This document shows positions 38,076 to 50,506 of a DNA stretch of 64,000 bases, in pieces. Within the stretch, counting starts at the first letter, position 1. Each line of letters starts with the position of its first letter. Source of the stretch: Macrostomum lignano (taxonomy: Eukaryota); assembly GCA_002269645.1 (NCBI GenBank), contig NIVC01001891.1, forward strand, positions 24,487 through 88,486, in the 5' to 3' direction. The notes under the pieces are model-generated. The model was not told where the DNA came from. It ran no database searches and worked only from the letters and a program-made list of their open reading frames with translations. The position numbers were made by a program, and so were the translations under genes.

Positions 38076-41000
38076 TTAAATACCCAGCAAGTTGTCAAGC
38101 GAACCAACAGCCCCGACAAAATTCTCGTCGATCCATTCGTCCTGCTCGTGCTGCATAATGGGGGACGGAGTGCTCGGCAGGCCGATCATGAGGCCGTTCA
38201 AAGAGCCATTCAAACTGGCAGGATTCTGATGCTGCTGATGCTGATCACCCATGCCACCGTGGTTGGACCCGTTGGTGAGCCACCAGCTGGGCGGCGGCAG
38301 GGCCATGCCGTGCAGCGTCAAATCCAGCAAGCTGTCGGGATTCGACATGTCAAGCGCCGGCGTCGGGTCAGCCAGTACAGCGTCGTCATCCGGTTCAAAC
38401 AGCCAGCGCTCGTCTTCGTCGAGATCTCCGACGCCGATGATGCCGCCTGGTAGAGCTACGAGAGAGTCGGCGCCAACGTTCGACACGGCGGTGGCCGCTG
38501 TAGAGTCTTTGCCTGGCGTCAGTGAAACTGACGATGCTGTCAGAGTGGAAACCGCGACGGAGGCCGCCGCTGCGGCTGCCGTTGTCGCCGCTACAGAGAC
38601 GGCCGTGGCTGCGGCGGCGGCGGCAGAGGCTGCGGCAGCTGCTGCCGCTGTTGAAGCCGGCTGAGCCGTCAGGGTCGGGTCGCGGACTCGAGTCTCCACA
38701 GGGCCGCCGCTTAGAGCCATGGACACCCAGTGACCGCTGGAGTCGTGTCTGCCGCCGCTGTCCGCATCGACGCTTCTTCCGTTGCCAAATCTGCTCTCAT
38801 CCTGGATTCGCCTCAGCTTTGCCGCCGCCGGGTGGTCGCTTAGCAACGGCGACTCGTCAGTTTGTTCATCGTGACTGTGATGCCGTCGATTGTTGTTGCC
38901 ATGGAAACCGGCGCCGCCGTTTACAAGAGGCGAATCGAAAAGATGCAATGGCGGTGGCGGCAGCTGATGATGATGCTGAGGCTGCGTTGAGCGTTGACGC
39001 TTTAACAATCCGTGAGATGAAGGCGACACCTGATGATGCTGGTACTGCTGCTGCTGCGCATTAGCCAGCTCAAACTGGCCAGTGTAGTCTGGATTCAGGC
39101 GCCAGTAGCCGCCGCAACTGCCGGCGCTTCCGCTGCCACCACGGCTGGCCGCTTCGTCTTTGCGTCGAGGTACGCGTTGGAAGCAACGATTGAGGGTCAG
39201 GTTGTAGCGGACGGCGCTCTGGGAGAGACGGGGGTTGTTGGAGATAATTTTAGAGTCGGTAACTACGAGCTTTACAAGCTACTAGCTGGCCAACAAGTTG
39301 GGTTATTGGGATAAGTATGCGTTGTGTTGCCCGATAAGGGGCGTCGCCACCGGGGTGGGGACAAGGGGAACATGTCCCCCAGTAAAAACTATGGGGGACA
39401 TGCCAATGCTTTGCCCCACCCCACCCACCCAACTTTGTGACCCGTTATGGAAATAAATTTTGCTTCAGGGTGGCAAAATATAGTACCTGCGGCGCCAAAA
39501 TGAGTACCTGCGGCGCCAAAATGAGTGCCTGCGGCGCCAAAAGGAGTGCCTGGGGCGCTAAAATGAGTGCCTGGGGCGCTAAAATGAGGGCATATGGCAC
39601 CAAAAGGAGTGCCTGCGGCGCCAAAATCAGTGCCTGTGGCGCCAAAATGAGTGCCTGCGGCGCCATAGAAAATGAGTGCCTGTGGCACCAAAATCAGTGC
39701 CTGCGGCGCCATAGAAAATGAGTGCCTGTGGCACCAAAATCAGTGCCTGCGGCGCCATAGAAAATGAGTGCCTGTGGCACCAAAAGGAGTGCCTGCGGCG
39801 CCAAAATCAGTGCCTGTGGCGCCAAAATGAGTGCCTGCGGCGCCATAGAAAATGAGTGCCTGTGGCACCAAAATCAGTGCCTGCGGCGCCATAGAAAATG
39901 AGTGCCTGTGGCACCAAAATCAGTGCCTGCGGCGCCATAGAAAATGAGTGCCTCTGGCACCAAAATCAGTGCCTGCGGCGCCATAGAAAATGAGTGCCTG
40001 TGGCACCAACATCAGTGCCTGCGGCGCCATAGAAAATGAGTGCCTGTGGCACCAAAATCAGTGCCTGCGGCGCCATAGAAAATGAGTGCCTGTGGCACCA
40101 AAATCAGTGCCTGCGGCGCCATAGAAAATGAGTGCCTGTGGCACCAACATCAGTGCCTGCGGCGCCATAGAAAATGAGTGCCTGTGGCACCAAAATCAGT
40201 GCCTGCGGCGCCATAGAAAATGAGTGCCTGTGGCGCCAAAATGAGTGCCTGCGGCGCCAAAATGAGTGCCTGCGGCGCCAAAATGAGTGCCTGCGGCGCC
40301 AAAATGAGTGCCTGCGGCGCTAAAATCAGTGCCTGTGGCACCAAAATGAGAGCCTGCGGCGCCAAAATGAGTGCCTGTGGCACCAAAATGAGTGCCTGTG
40401 GCACCAAAATGAGAGCCTGCGGTGCTAAAATCAGTGCCTGTGGCACCAAAATGAGAGCCTGCGGAGCCCAAATGAGCGCTGATAACACTGATTCTGAAAA
40501 TAATGTACATGTACACTGTACATGTAGAATTCTTGGCTTTGCCCCCCACCATAAAGTCCATATGGCGACGCCCCTGCGCCCGATAACACATCTCCAAATA
40601 TGGGCATTGAAAAATGTCTCCAAAGCTCTACCCATCTTTCCTCAGGTACATGGGCCATAAAACACTTACTGATGCATCTTCGCCAGTTTTAAATCGTTAA
40701 TAAATCAAGTAAAAAGCAGAATTGCTATTTGATTTTTTTCTGCAAAGTTTCCTTTGCGCTACAACAGTGTTTGCACAGTTCCCGCGTTCTCTTCATCATC
40801 TCTTACTCCAGGCGATGTCTCACTCAGCTCCCATCTCGTCCCAACCGTGGAAGAAAGCTCCCCAATGGCGTACTCGCCATGGTTAAAAACTTTATATAGT
40901 ACACGACCCATTGTCCAGTTTACGGCCAGCCTACTAACACAGCTCTCTGCTATTGTGAAGAGAATTTTGCTGCTTCAGAGAGAATATATAATGACTTCAT

Positions 41001-44000
41001 AGAGCCAACTAGTATTAAAATATGAGGATATAGTCTCCCTAAAAGTGCATTGTCAGGATGCGAAAAACTTCTGCATGTCATTCTATGAAATTGGCTAACT
41101 ATAAAAAATTCCTACTCACAAGAGGATTAGAAGACACTGCTGTCAGACAGACAGATTAGATAAAAGAGTAAAGTTTAGGTTTATTCTTCTTAAAACTGCT
41201 CAGCACAATAGATAAGATAAGATTCAGTTAAACGGCGAAGCTTAATTGAGTCTTCAATTAACTTAAATTCATAGTTGGTTGGGCGTTAACTAACTGGCTG
41301 TATGCCACAGATCAGAGTTGGTCAAACCACGATAAAATGTAGTGTTTACTTTGAATAATTGTTGGAACATTTCGAAAACAGGTCCCAATTGAATAAATAC
41401 CGTATTTTGCCACTTTCGATCAACTGTCTACAGTGTCTGTAAGAAAAAATTCTGAAACTAGCCCAAACAGATCCCTCTGACACCGCATCAGATCCCTCTG
41501 ACACCGCATTAGATCCCTCTGACACCGCATCAGATCCCTCTGACACCGCATCAGATCCCTCAGACACCGCATCAGATCCCTCTGACACCGCATTAGATCC
41601 CTCTGACACCGCATCAGATCCTTCAGACACCGCATCAGATTCCTTAGCCGCCGCATCAGATCCTTCAGACACCGCATCAGATCCTTCAGACACCGCATCA
41701 GATCCCTATCAGATCCCTCTGACACCGCATCAGATCCCTCAGACACCGCATCAGATCCCTCAGACACCGCATCAGATCCCTTAGTCACCGCATCAGATCC
41801 TTCAGACACCGCATCAGATCCTTCAGACACCGCATCAGATCCCTATCAGATCCCTCAGACACCGCATCAGATCCCTTAGTCACCGCATCAGATCCTTCAG
41901 ACACCGCATCAGATCCTTCAGACACCGCATCAGATCCCTATCAGATCCCTCAGACACCGCATCAGATCCCTCTGACACTGCATCAGATCCCTCAGACATC
42001 GCATCAGATCCCTTAGCCGCCGCATCAGATCCTTCAGACACCGCATCAGATCCCTATCAGATCCCTCAGACACCGCATCAGATCCCTCAGACACCGCATC
42101 AGATCCCTATCAGATCCCTCTGACACCGCATCAGATCCCTCAGACACCGCATCAGATCCCTATCAGATCCCTCAGACACCGCATCAGATCCCTATCAGAT
42201 CCCTCAGACACCGCATCAGATCCCTATCAGATCCCTCAGACACCGCATCAGATCCCTATCAGATCCCTCAGACACCGCATCAGATCCCTATCAGATCCCT
42301 CAGACACCGCATCAGATCCCTATCAGATCCCTCAGACACCGCATCAGATCCCTATCAGATCCCTCAGACACCGCATCAGATCCCTATCAGATCCCTCAGA
42401 CACCGCATCAGATCCCTATCAGATCCCTCAGACACCGCATCAGATCCCTATCAGATCCCTTAGCCACCGCATCAGATTCCTCAGACACCGTGCTACACCT
42501 TTTTACTTTCTTTTCTGAAAAATCTGCACTCAATATTGACATGTTTGCATTCAATTTTGACAGTCTGCATGGTATCGCTTGTAGAAATGTTCAACCTATT
42601 TTGACAAACTCAAATGCAATAATGACGAATTTCAACCGAAAATGACAAACTTCAATCTTTATTAACAATTTGCAAGCAATTTTGACAGTGTGCATTCAGT
42701 TTTGACACTCGGTTACAAAACAGTGCCTTTGTCTCGCCGTCTATGGAACGAAGCTTGCATATGTGCATCCATTTTTGACAGAGTGCATCCAAAAGTGACA
42801 ATTAAAGATCCGATCCCAACCCTAGCGGGGCCTACGCGCCCTGGCTGATCCAGTGAGAGTTTGCCCTGGCCAATCGCCCCGGTGAGTGTTCGCTGATCCC
42901 AGGTCCTGGCCAGAGCAATATTGGGATTTGACTAAATCGAGTTCTTCATGAAACCGCCAGCATGGCCTGATTAACTCTGATCTGAACGGCTGATCTCCAT
43001 TTGGCAGCTTTTCTACTCGTCCAATTCTACCAACGGCATACGCTGCAGTGGTTCTTTTGATCCCCAAGGCACGAGCCAGGTAAAAAAGTCGTCACCATTC
43101 TCATGGGCAGTAGTTAACCGGTTAATTTCTGGGTTAACCGCCTCCTGTCGTCGTCGCTAACTTTGGCGTTGAATCGCGGACCTGCCATACAGAACGTAAT
43201 ACGACTTGGCAAACTGATTAGCTAGTGTATTTTATACGGCTAACTAAGGTTTTTTTCAATGTGTGCTAATGCAATCTGTCACTTTTGGATGCAATCTGTC
43301 AAAAATGGGTGCACATATGCAAGCTTTGTTCCATAGACGGCGAGACAGAGGCACTGTTTTGTAACCGATTGTCAAAGTTGCTTGCAAATTGTTAATAAAG
43401 GTTTGTCATTTTCGGTTGAAATTCGTCATTATTGCATTTGAGTTTGTCAAAATAGGTTGAACATTTCTACAAGCGATACCATGCAATATTGAGTGCAGAT
43501 TTTTCAAAATAGAAAGTAAAAAGGTGTACATTCCTTGTACATCGAATGGTATTTCTGAGAAAACAGAAATATCTCAGGTACCACGTGAATCACAACTAAT
43601 ACCTTTATACCTGTACAATGCTCTCTTATTTTCAGCAGCAAGAGCACCTTTTTAATTGATTGCTAGCGCGTACTTAATCACTGCGACTATAACTCCTCAC
43701 CTGCCAGCTTTGATCGGCCGAACTGCCATAGAATGCAAAATGCGCCCCAATCCAGTCGCAGATTTCCTGCAGAGTCATTTTCGATTTCTTCAGACTTTTC
43801 AACGCCATGTAGATTAGAGTAGAAAAAGAATAGGGCGGTCGGAGGGTCGGATCGGCCGCATATTCCGGATCTGGCTTCGGTGGGATTGGAGGCGCCGATG
43901 GTGGCAGTTGAATCAACGATTGTTGATGTTGTTGCTGTTGCTGTTGCTGTTGCTGATGCTGCTGCTGACTATGATGATAATTATGATGATGCTGCGACGT

Positions 44001-45037
44001 CAATAGCGACTGATTTTCATACGGCAACCCACCGTTTGTTGAAGGTTGAAAAGTTGGCGAAGAGATTGCTCGATGCAGGTTGGGCCTCGAATTACCGGAA
44101 GCTGACAGGTAGCTCTGCTGATGCTGCTGCTGTGTATAGAACTGCAGCGAGTCAGCTACCGTTTGCTCGACTAGAATCACCTCGGAGCCAAGCACGGCCA
44201 CCGCCGATGCGGCTGCAGATGCAGCGGCGGCTGCGTCCGCTGCTGCAGCCGCTGCCGCCATAGCGGCCGCCGACGGAGGCTGCGGCGAAGCCGGCGGAGT
44301 TGGCGGAGTCAGCTTCATCAGGTTCATGTTCTGCGAGGTGGATAACGAGACGCTAGTTGCAGGATTATGCACACACCGTCGGCTAAAGCATCAGTTCGTA
44401 CTTTAAGATCTAAGCTGTCTTTATCTTGAATAAACAGCTCTAGCAGTAAACGCTTCTCCCTGCACGCTTGTTTGTCAAAGGGTCCTATCTTTTCTAACTC
44501 TTTTCCTTCTACGCAGACTGTTAGCTTAGCATTGCTATATTAGCGCGCTTACGTTTACGTTTAGCAGAAAAAAAAGAAAATCCATGTCAATCAAAACTCA
44601 GTGCTTACTTGTAGCCAGCCTAGGTTAGTCAGATCCATGTCCATCGCACCGCTGCCACCACCATTTCCAGTCACCGCGGCGGCGGCCGCGGCAGCTGCCA
44701 ACTTGCCAATAGCTGTCGGTGAAAACAGAGCGTCTTGGTTAACTGCTGCTGCGGCCATCACAGCTGCCGCAGTTTGCTGCTGTTGCTGTTGCTGTTGCTG
44801 AACCTGCGTGTCTCTTACAGCCCAGTTGTGTCTCAGCCGTTGAGCCAACTGCTCTCTGCTCATATTACTGCCGTTCGTGCTACCACCGCTGTTACTAGTA
44901 GTGTTACTATTCTGTCGCTGTGGCTGTCGCGGCTTGCCAAAGCGCTGGTGAATGTGTAAATGCTGATGATGCGGCGGAGGCTGCGGTGCGAGCGACAAGG
45001 ATCGCCTCAGCAGCAACGGACTGGAAGCGGCAGTCAT
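38076..45037 (-). CDS. foxj1: Forkhead transcription factor, FoxJ1-like; exons 45037-44609, 44330-43701, 39218-38076 (733 aa)
   Basis: Phase-0 GT-AG introns (2202 nt total). FoxJ1-type N-terminal motif DLTNLGWLQ/NMN, forkhead RPPYSFSTLI...KMTLQEI..WI..HF...WQ/SAVRYNLTLNRCF.RVPR.KDE...GGYW, and C-terminal LDLTLHG motif. Confidence 0.85.
39336..40576. mobile_element. hAT-like MITE carrying an internal 21-bp tandem array (AAAATGAGTGCCTGCGGCGCC), in foxj1 intron 2
   Basis: TIR AGGGGCGTCGCCA (39337-39349 / 40563-40575); 8-bp flanks TGCCCGAT / CGCCCGAT (7/8 match); array at about 39478-40470. Confidence 0.75.
41462..42490. repeat. 21-bp minisatellite (CAGATCCCTCAGACACCGCAT) grading into a 32-bp unit
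   Basis: Period 21 on the left; period 32 (21+11) from about 42170. Confidence 0.95.
42496..43526 (-). mobile_element. Internally deleted Tc1/IS630-mariner-like element with ~250-300-bp TIRs and TA TSD
   Basis: TA/CACCTTTTTACTTTC ... GAAAGTAAAAAGGTG/TA with long inverted arms. The spacer's minus strand encodes a frameshifted HTH-like remnant: MAGPRFNAKVSDDDRRRL...AHENGDDF..YLARALGIKRTTAAYAV..GRVEKLP. Confidence 0.8.
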
Positions 45038-45714
45038 GATGAAGTTTGAAGTTTCGGTTTTATAATTAAACTAATCCGACTCAAACAACACTTATGAGTC
45101 CCTAGAATTTAGCGTTGAGCCACTATCTGAGCATAAAACTTACGCTTATATATTAGTTTTGGATAGAACAGAAAAAAAGGTCTGAATGGCAGGTCGAAAA
45201 CGCCGCAGGAGAGAAAAAACCGTTCTGCCCTTACGGACCAAACAACGCAGGTTGCTTGTTTAGGCTCGAGGTTTAATAGAGTTTGCCAGACACTCCAGCC
45301 GGCATAGCGCGCTATGTGCTCGAAGTTTGCTTGGGTGGGGCTGTGCCAGCCACCCCGAACGAACTCGCTTGTAAACCCCCCCCCCCATTCGAATTGCATT
45401 CATACTCTCGCAGTCTTGCAGAATAGCCGTCTAATGCACATTTATCGCCGAAGTCTTGTATTTTAAGTTTTAAACTGTGCAGACTGCTCACTTTTCTACC
45501 GCAGTGGAGAAGAGCTGGAAGCCAGCACAAATGCACGCACGCACAGGCAGACACGCTAAACTGAAATGCAGATTTTGTTCGAGTTGGTCTGCGAGTAACG
45601 GTAAAAATGAGATGAATTGGCTATATAGAAGCACCAGAGACAGGGAGACAAGGGGTTACGGGCTTTTAGAGCTGCCTGAATGCAATCTGATACTTCTGCC
45701 TTGGATACTGGCCC

Positions 45715-45913
45715 CGAGGGGCTGAGCATCTCAGCGGTAAACGCATCCGACTCTCCGCGTCACGACCACCGGTTCAATATCGTGCGCTGCCACATTCATT
45801 TAGGCTTGTGTGCGCATGAGAATTGGCCCAGGTGCGATTCATACCCATGATGGCCAGCCCCTAAGGCACAGAGGGTGTAACTGCCTGACGATCAGACAGT
45901 CAGGGCCGCTGCA
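45715..45913 (+). mobile_element. Probable second tRNA-derived SINE family (related fragment inverted at ~16410-16490)
   Basis: A-box-like CATCTCAGCGG and B-box-like GGTTCAATAT. The 3' motifs GGCCAGCCCC and AGTCAGGGCCGCTG recur reverse-complemented near 16420-16480. Confidence 0.45.
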
Positions 45914-45914
45914 C

Positions 45915-48432
45915 AACTTCACATCTCCGACACTTCACATCTCCGACACTTCACATCTCCAACACTGCACATCTCCGACACTTCACATCTCCGACACTCC
46001 ATATCTCCGACACTTCATATCTCCGACACTTCATATCTCCGACACTCCATATCTCCGACACTTCATATCTCCGACACTTCACATCCCCGACACTTCATAT
46101 CTCCGACACTTCACATCCCCGACACATCATATCTACGACACTTCATATCTCCGACACTTCATATCTCCGACACTTACATATCTCCGACACTTCACATCTC
46201 CGACACTTACATATCTCCGACACTTCATATCTCCGACACTTCATATCTCCGACACTCCATATCTCCGACACTTCATATCTCCGACACTTCATATCTCCGA
46301 CACTTCATATCTCCGACACTTCACATCCCCGACACTTCATATCTACGACACTTCATATCTCGGACACTTCACATCTCCGACAATTACATATCTCCGACAC
46401 TTCAACTCTCCGACACTTCATATCTCCGACACTTCACATCTCCGACACTTCATACCTCCGACACTTCACATCTCCGACACTTCACATATCCGACACTTCA
46501 TATCTCTGACACTTCATATGTCCGATACTTCACATCTCCGACACTTCATATCTCTGACACTTCATATATTCGACACTTCACATCTCCGACACTTCATATC
46601 TCCGACACATTATATCCCCGACACTTCATATCTCCGACACTTCACATCCCCAACACTTCACATCTCCGACACTTCATATCTCCGACACTTCACATCCCCG
46701 ACACTCCATATCTCTGACACTCCATATCTCTGACACTTCATATGTCCGACACTTCACATCCCCGACACTCCATATCTCTGACACTTCATATGTCCGACAC
46801 TTCACATCTCCGACACTTCATATCTCCGACACTTCACATCTCCGACACTTCATATCTCCGACACTTCACATCTCCGACACTTACATATCTCCGACACTTC
46901 ACATCTCCGACACTTCACATATCCGACACTTCATATCTCTGACACTTCATATGTCCGACACTTCACATCTCCGACACTTCATATCTCTGACACTTCATAT
47001 GTCCGACACTTCACATTTCCGACACTTCATATCTCCGACACATTATATCCCCGACACTTCATATCTCCGACACTTCACATCCCCGACACTTCACATCTCC
47101 GACACTTCATATCTCCGACACTTCACATCCCTGACACTCCATATCTCTGACACTCCATATCTCTGACACTTCATATGTCCGACACTTCACATCTCCGACA
47201 CGTCATATCTCCGACACTTCATATCTCCGACACATTATATCCCCGACACTTCATATCTCCGACACTTCATATGTCCGACACTTCACATCTCCGACACTTC
47301 ATATCTCCGACACTTCACATCCCCGACACTCCATATCTCTGACACTCCATATCTCCGACACTCCATATCTCCGACACTTCACATCTCCGACACTTCATAT
47401 CTCCGACACTTCACATCTCCGACACTTACATATCTCCGACACTTCACATCTCGGACACTTCATATCTCCGACACATTATATCCACGACACTTCACATCTC
47501 CGACACTTCACATCTCCGACACTTCACATCTCCGACACTTCACATCTCCGACACTTACATATCTCCGACACTTCATATCTCCGACACTTCATATCTCCGA
47601 CACTCCATATCTCCGACACTTCATATCTCCGACACTTCACATCCCCGACACTTCATATCTACGACACTTCATATATCCGACACTTCACATCTCCGACACT
47701 TACATATCTCCGACACTTCACATCTCCGACACTTCATATCTCCGACACATTATATCCCCGACACTCTATATCTCTGACACTTCATATCTCCGACACTTCA
47801 CATCTCCGACACTTCATATCTCCGACACATTATATCCCCGACACTTCCCATCTCCGACACTTCAAATCTCCGACACTTCACATCTCCGACACTTCATATA
47901 TCCGACACTTCACATCTCCGACACTTCATATATTCGACACATTATATCCCCGACACTCTATATCTCTGACACTTCATATCTCCGACACTTCACATCTCCG
48001 ACACTTCATATCTCCGACACATTATATCCCCGACACTTCACATCTCCGACACTTCAAATCTCCGACACTTCACATCTCCGACACTTCATATATCCGACAC
48101 TTCACATCTCCGACACTTCATATATTCGACACTTCATATCTCCGACACTTCACATCTCCGACACTTCACATATCCGACACTTCACATCACCGACACTTCA
48201 CATCTCCGACACTTCACATCTCCGACACTTACATATCTCCGACACTTCATATCTCCGACACTCCATATCTCCGACACTTCATATCTCCGACACTTCATAT
48301 CTCCGACACTCCATATCTCCGACACTTCATATCTCCGACACTTCACATCTCCGACACTTCATATCTACGACACTTCATATCTCCGACACTTCATATCTAC
48401 GACACTTCATATATCCGACAATTCATATCTCC
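45915..48432. repeat. 16-bp satellite (ATCTCCGACACTTCAT/C), ~2.5 kb
   Basis: Tandem period ~16 with variants. Confidence 0.96.
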
Positions 48433-49557
48433 ATTCGGGTTTAGGTTTAGAGTTTTGCCTGTCGGATATTTGAAGGGTCAGATTTATGAAAGAGGTGCTT
48501 TTGGAGACATGAAATTTCGGAAATATGAAAGCGCCCAGCCTCGTGGTCGTTCGACCTTATGGCTGTGAATCACACGAAAATCTTCTGGGCAGAATTGGTG
48601 CAAAAACCTCAAATCTAACATTATAATGTAATAAAGCTTACATTAGAGAGATGAAAAGCACTATTTTCATTACTACAGAATCGAATGTCTAGCACAGAAG
48701 ATAATAAAGTTATTAATTTAGTGCCAAATGGGCCTTTAAACAAGTTACTTTAAATAATTTAGCGTTGCTGCTTCTTTGCAGCACTTCTTAGAAAATAGCC
48801 TTGAATCGACCCCCAGCAGCTGTGCCCTAATTTTAATTTGTTTTTCTTCTCTACGTTGTTACTTGTTTACAACAATCGCGGACTTTGTCTAGGCAAATCT
48901 TTTTTTTTCACGCTGGCTGATTCTTTTAAGAGCCCACAACTCTGACCCACCCACAAAGACGAAAATCTTTTCATTTTAAGTCTTTCCGCCGCAGAACCTG
49001 CAAGGATAGAATTAGTAAGTATAAAATACGCTGAAATTGTATTCAATCGAATGGTGAGAGAACACAAGGTAAGTTGCAGTCCCCCTGTCTCTGTCTCTCT
49101 CTTACCCTACCCTATGGCTAAAGCCAAATGCAAATATTATACAGGCTTAAGTGACTATTAAATTGGCGTGGAATATATGAAATTAATGGGTTGCTACAGC
49201 AGTTTTCTAAGAAGGAAGAAATGCACGGAAAAGGCCGGGTGGGGTGTAAGAGAAAGAGTAATTACGTACAAATTGAAGCTAGAGACAATTGCTCGATATT
49301 TAGTGTTTAAGCTTCAGCTTGGCTGCCACTTCACTGAGTGCAGCTAAACTATAAATTTATAGCATAAAAGTTGCTCAGGTCGGATCGATCTAGTTTCATT
49401 TATCCAATTAATAAGCAAAATTTTAAATAGTTATTGATTAGTTACAGGGAGAGCACTCCTAGCAGAAATAGCTAGCGAAAGATTTTTTCTTACAGGAGTG
49501 CACAGAGTTACTAAACTGGTGGGTGTAGCCAAGGGAAGGACAAGGAAAGTACACGAA

Positions 49558-50506
49558 TATGGTGCCTATTCAAAATAAATGGCACCTATTCAAACAAATG
49601 TCGCCTATTCAAACTAAATGTCGCCTATTCAAATGAAATGTCGCCTATTCAAACTAAATGGCGCCTATTCAAATGAAATTTCGCCTATTCAAACTAAATG
49701 GCGCCTATTCAAATGAAATGTCGCCTATTCAAACTAAATGGCGCCTATTCAAATGAAATGTCGCCTATTCAAACTAAATCTCGCCTATTCAAACTAAATG
49801 TCGCCTATTCAAACTAAATCTCGCCTATTCAAACTAAATGGCGCCTATTCAAACTAAATGTCGCCTATTCAAATGAAATGTCGCCTATTCAAACTAAATG
49901 TCGCCTATTCAAATGAAATGTCGCCTATTCAAACTAAATGGCGCCTATTCAAATGAAATGTCGCCTATTCAAACTAAATGGCGCCTATTCAAATGAAATG
50001 TCGCCTATTCAAACTAAATGGCGCCTATTCAAACTAAATGTCGCCTATTCAAACTAAATGTCGCCTATTCAAATGAAATGTCGCCTATTCAAACTAAATG
50101 GCGCCTATTCAAATGAAATGTCGCCTATTCAAACTAAATCTCGCCTATTCAAACTAAATGTCGCCTATTCAAACTAAATCTCGCCTATTCAAACTAAATC
50201 TCGCCTATTCAAACTAAATGGCGCCTATTCAAACTAAATGTCGCCTATTCAAACTAAATCTCGCCTATTCAAACTAAATGGCGCCTATTCAAACTAAATG
50301 TCGCCTATTCAAACTAAATCTCGCCTATTCAAACTAAATCTCGCCTATTCAAACTAAATCTCGCCTATTCAAACTAAATGGCGCCTATTCAAACTAAATG
50401 TCGCCTATTCAAACTAAATCTCGCCTATTCAAACTAAATGGCGCCTATTCAAACTAAATGTCGCCTATTCAAACTAAATCTCGCCTATTCAAACTAAATG
50501 TCGCCT
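49558..50506. repeat. 20-bp minisatellite (TCGCCTATTCAAACTAAATG)
   Basis: Exact period 20, about 47 copies; preceded by a MITE-like end GGGTGTAGCCAAGGG at about 49521. Confidence 0.96.

Noticed and set aside
38148-39314. Plus-strand ORFs overlapping foxj1 exon 3
   Set aside because: Antisense shadows of GC-rich poly-Ala coding sequence.
45810-47166. 307-aa LRHFISPTLHISDTSY-repeat ORF
   Set aside because: Translation of the 16-bp satellite (3 units = 16 codons).
48433-48452. GGGTTTAGGTTTAG as an interstitial telomere
   Set aside because: Only two imperfect units; better explained as part of a repeat-element flank.
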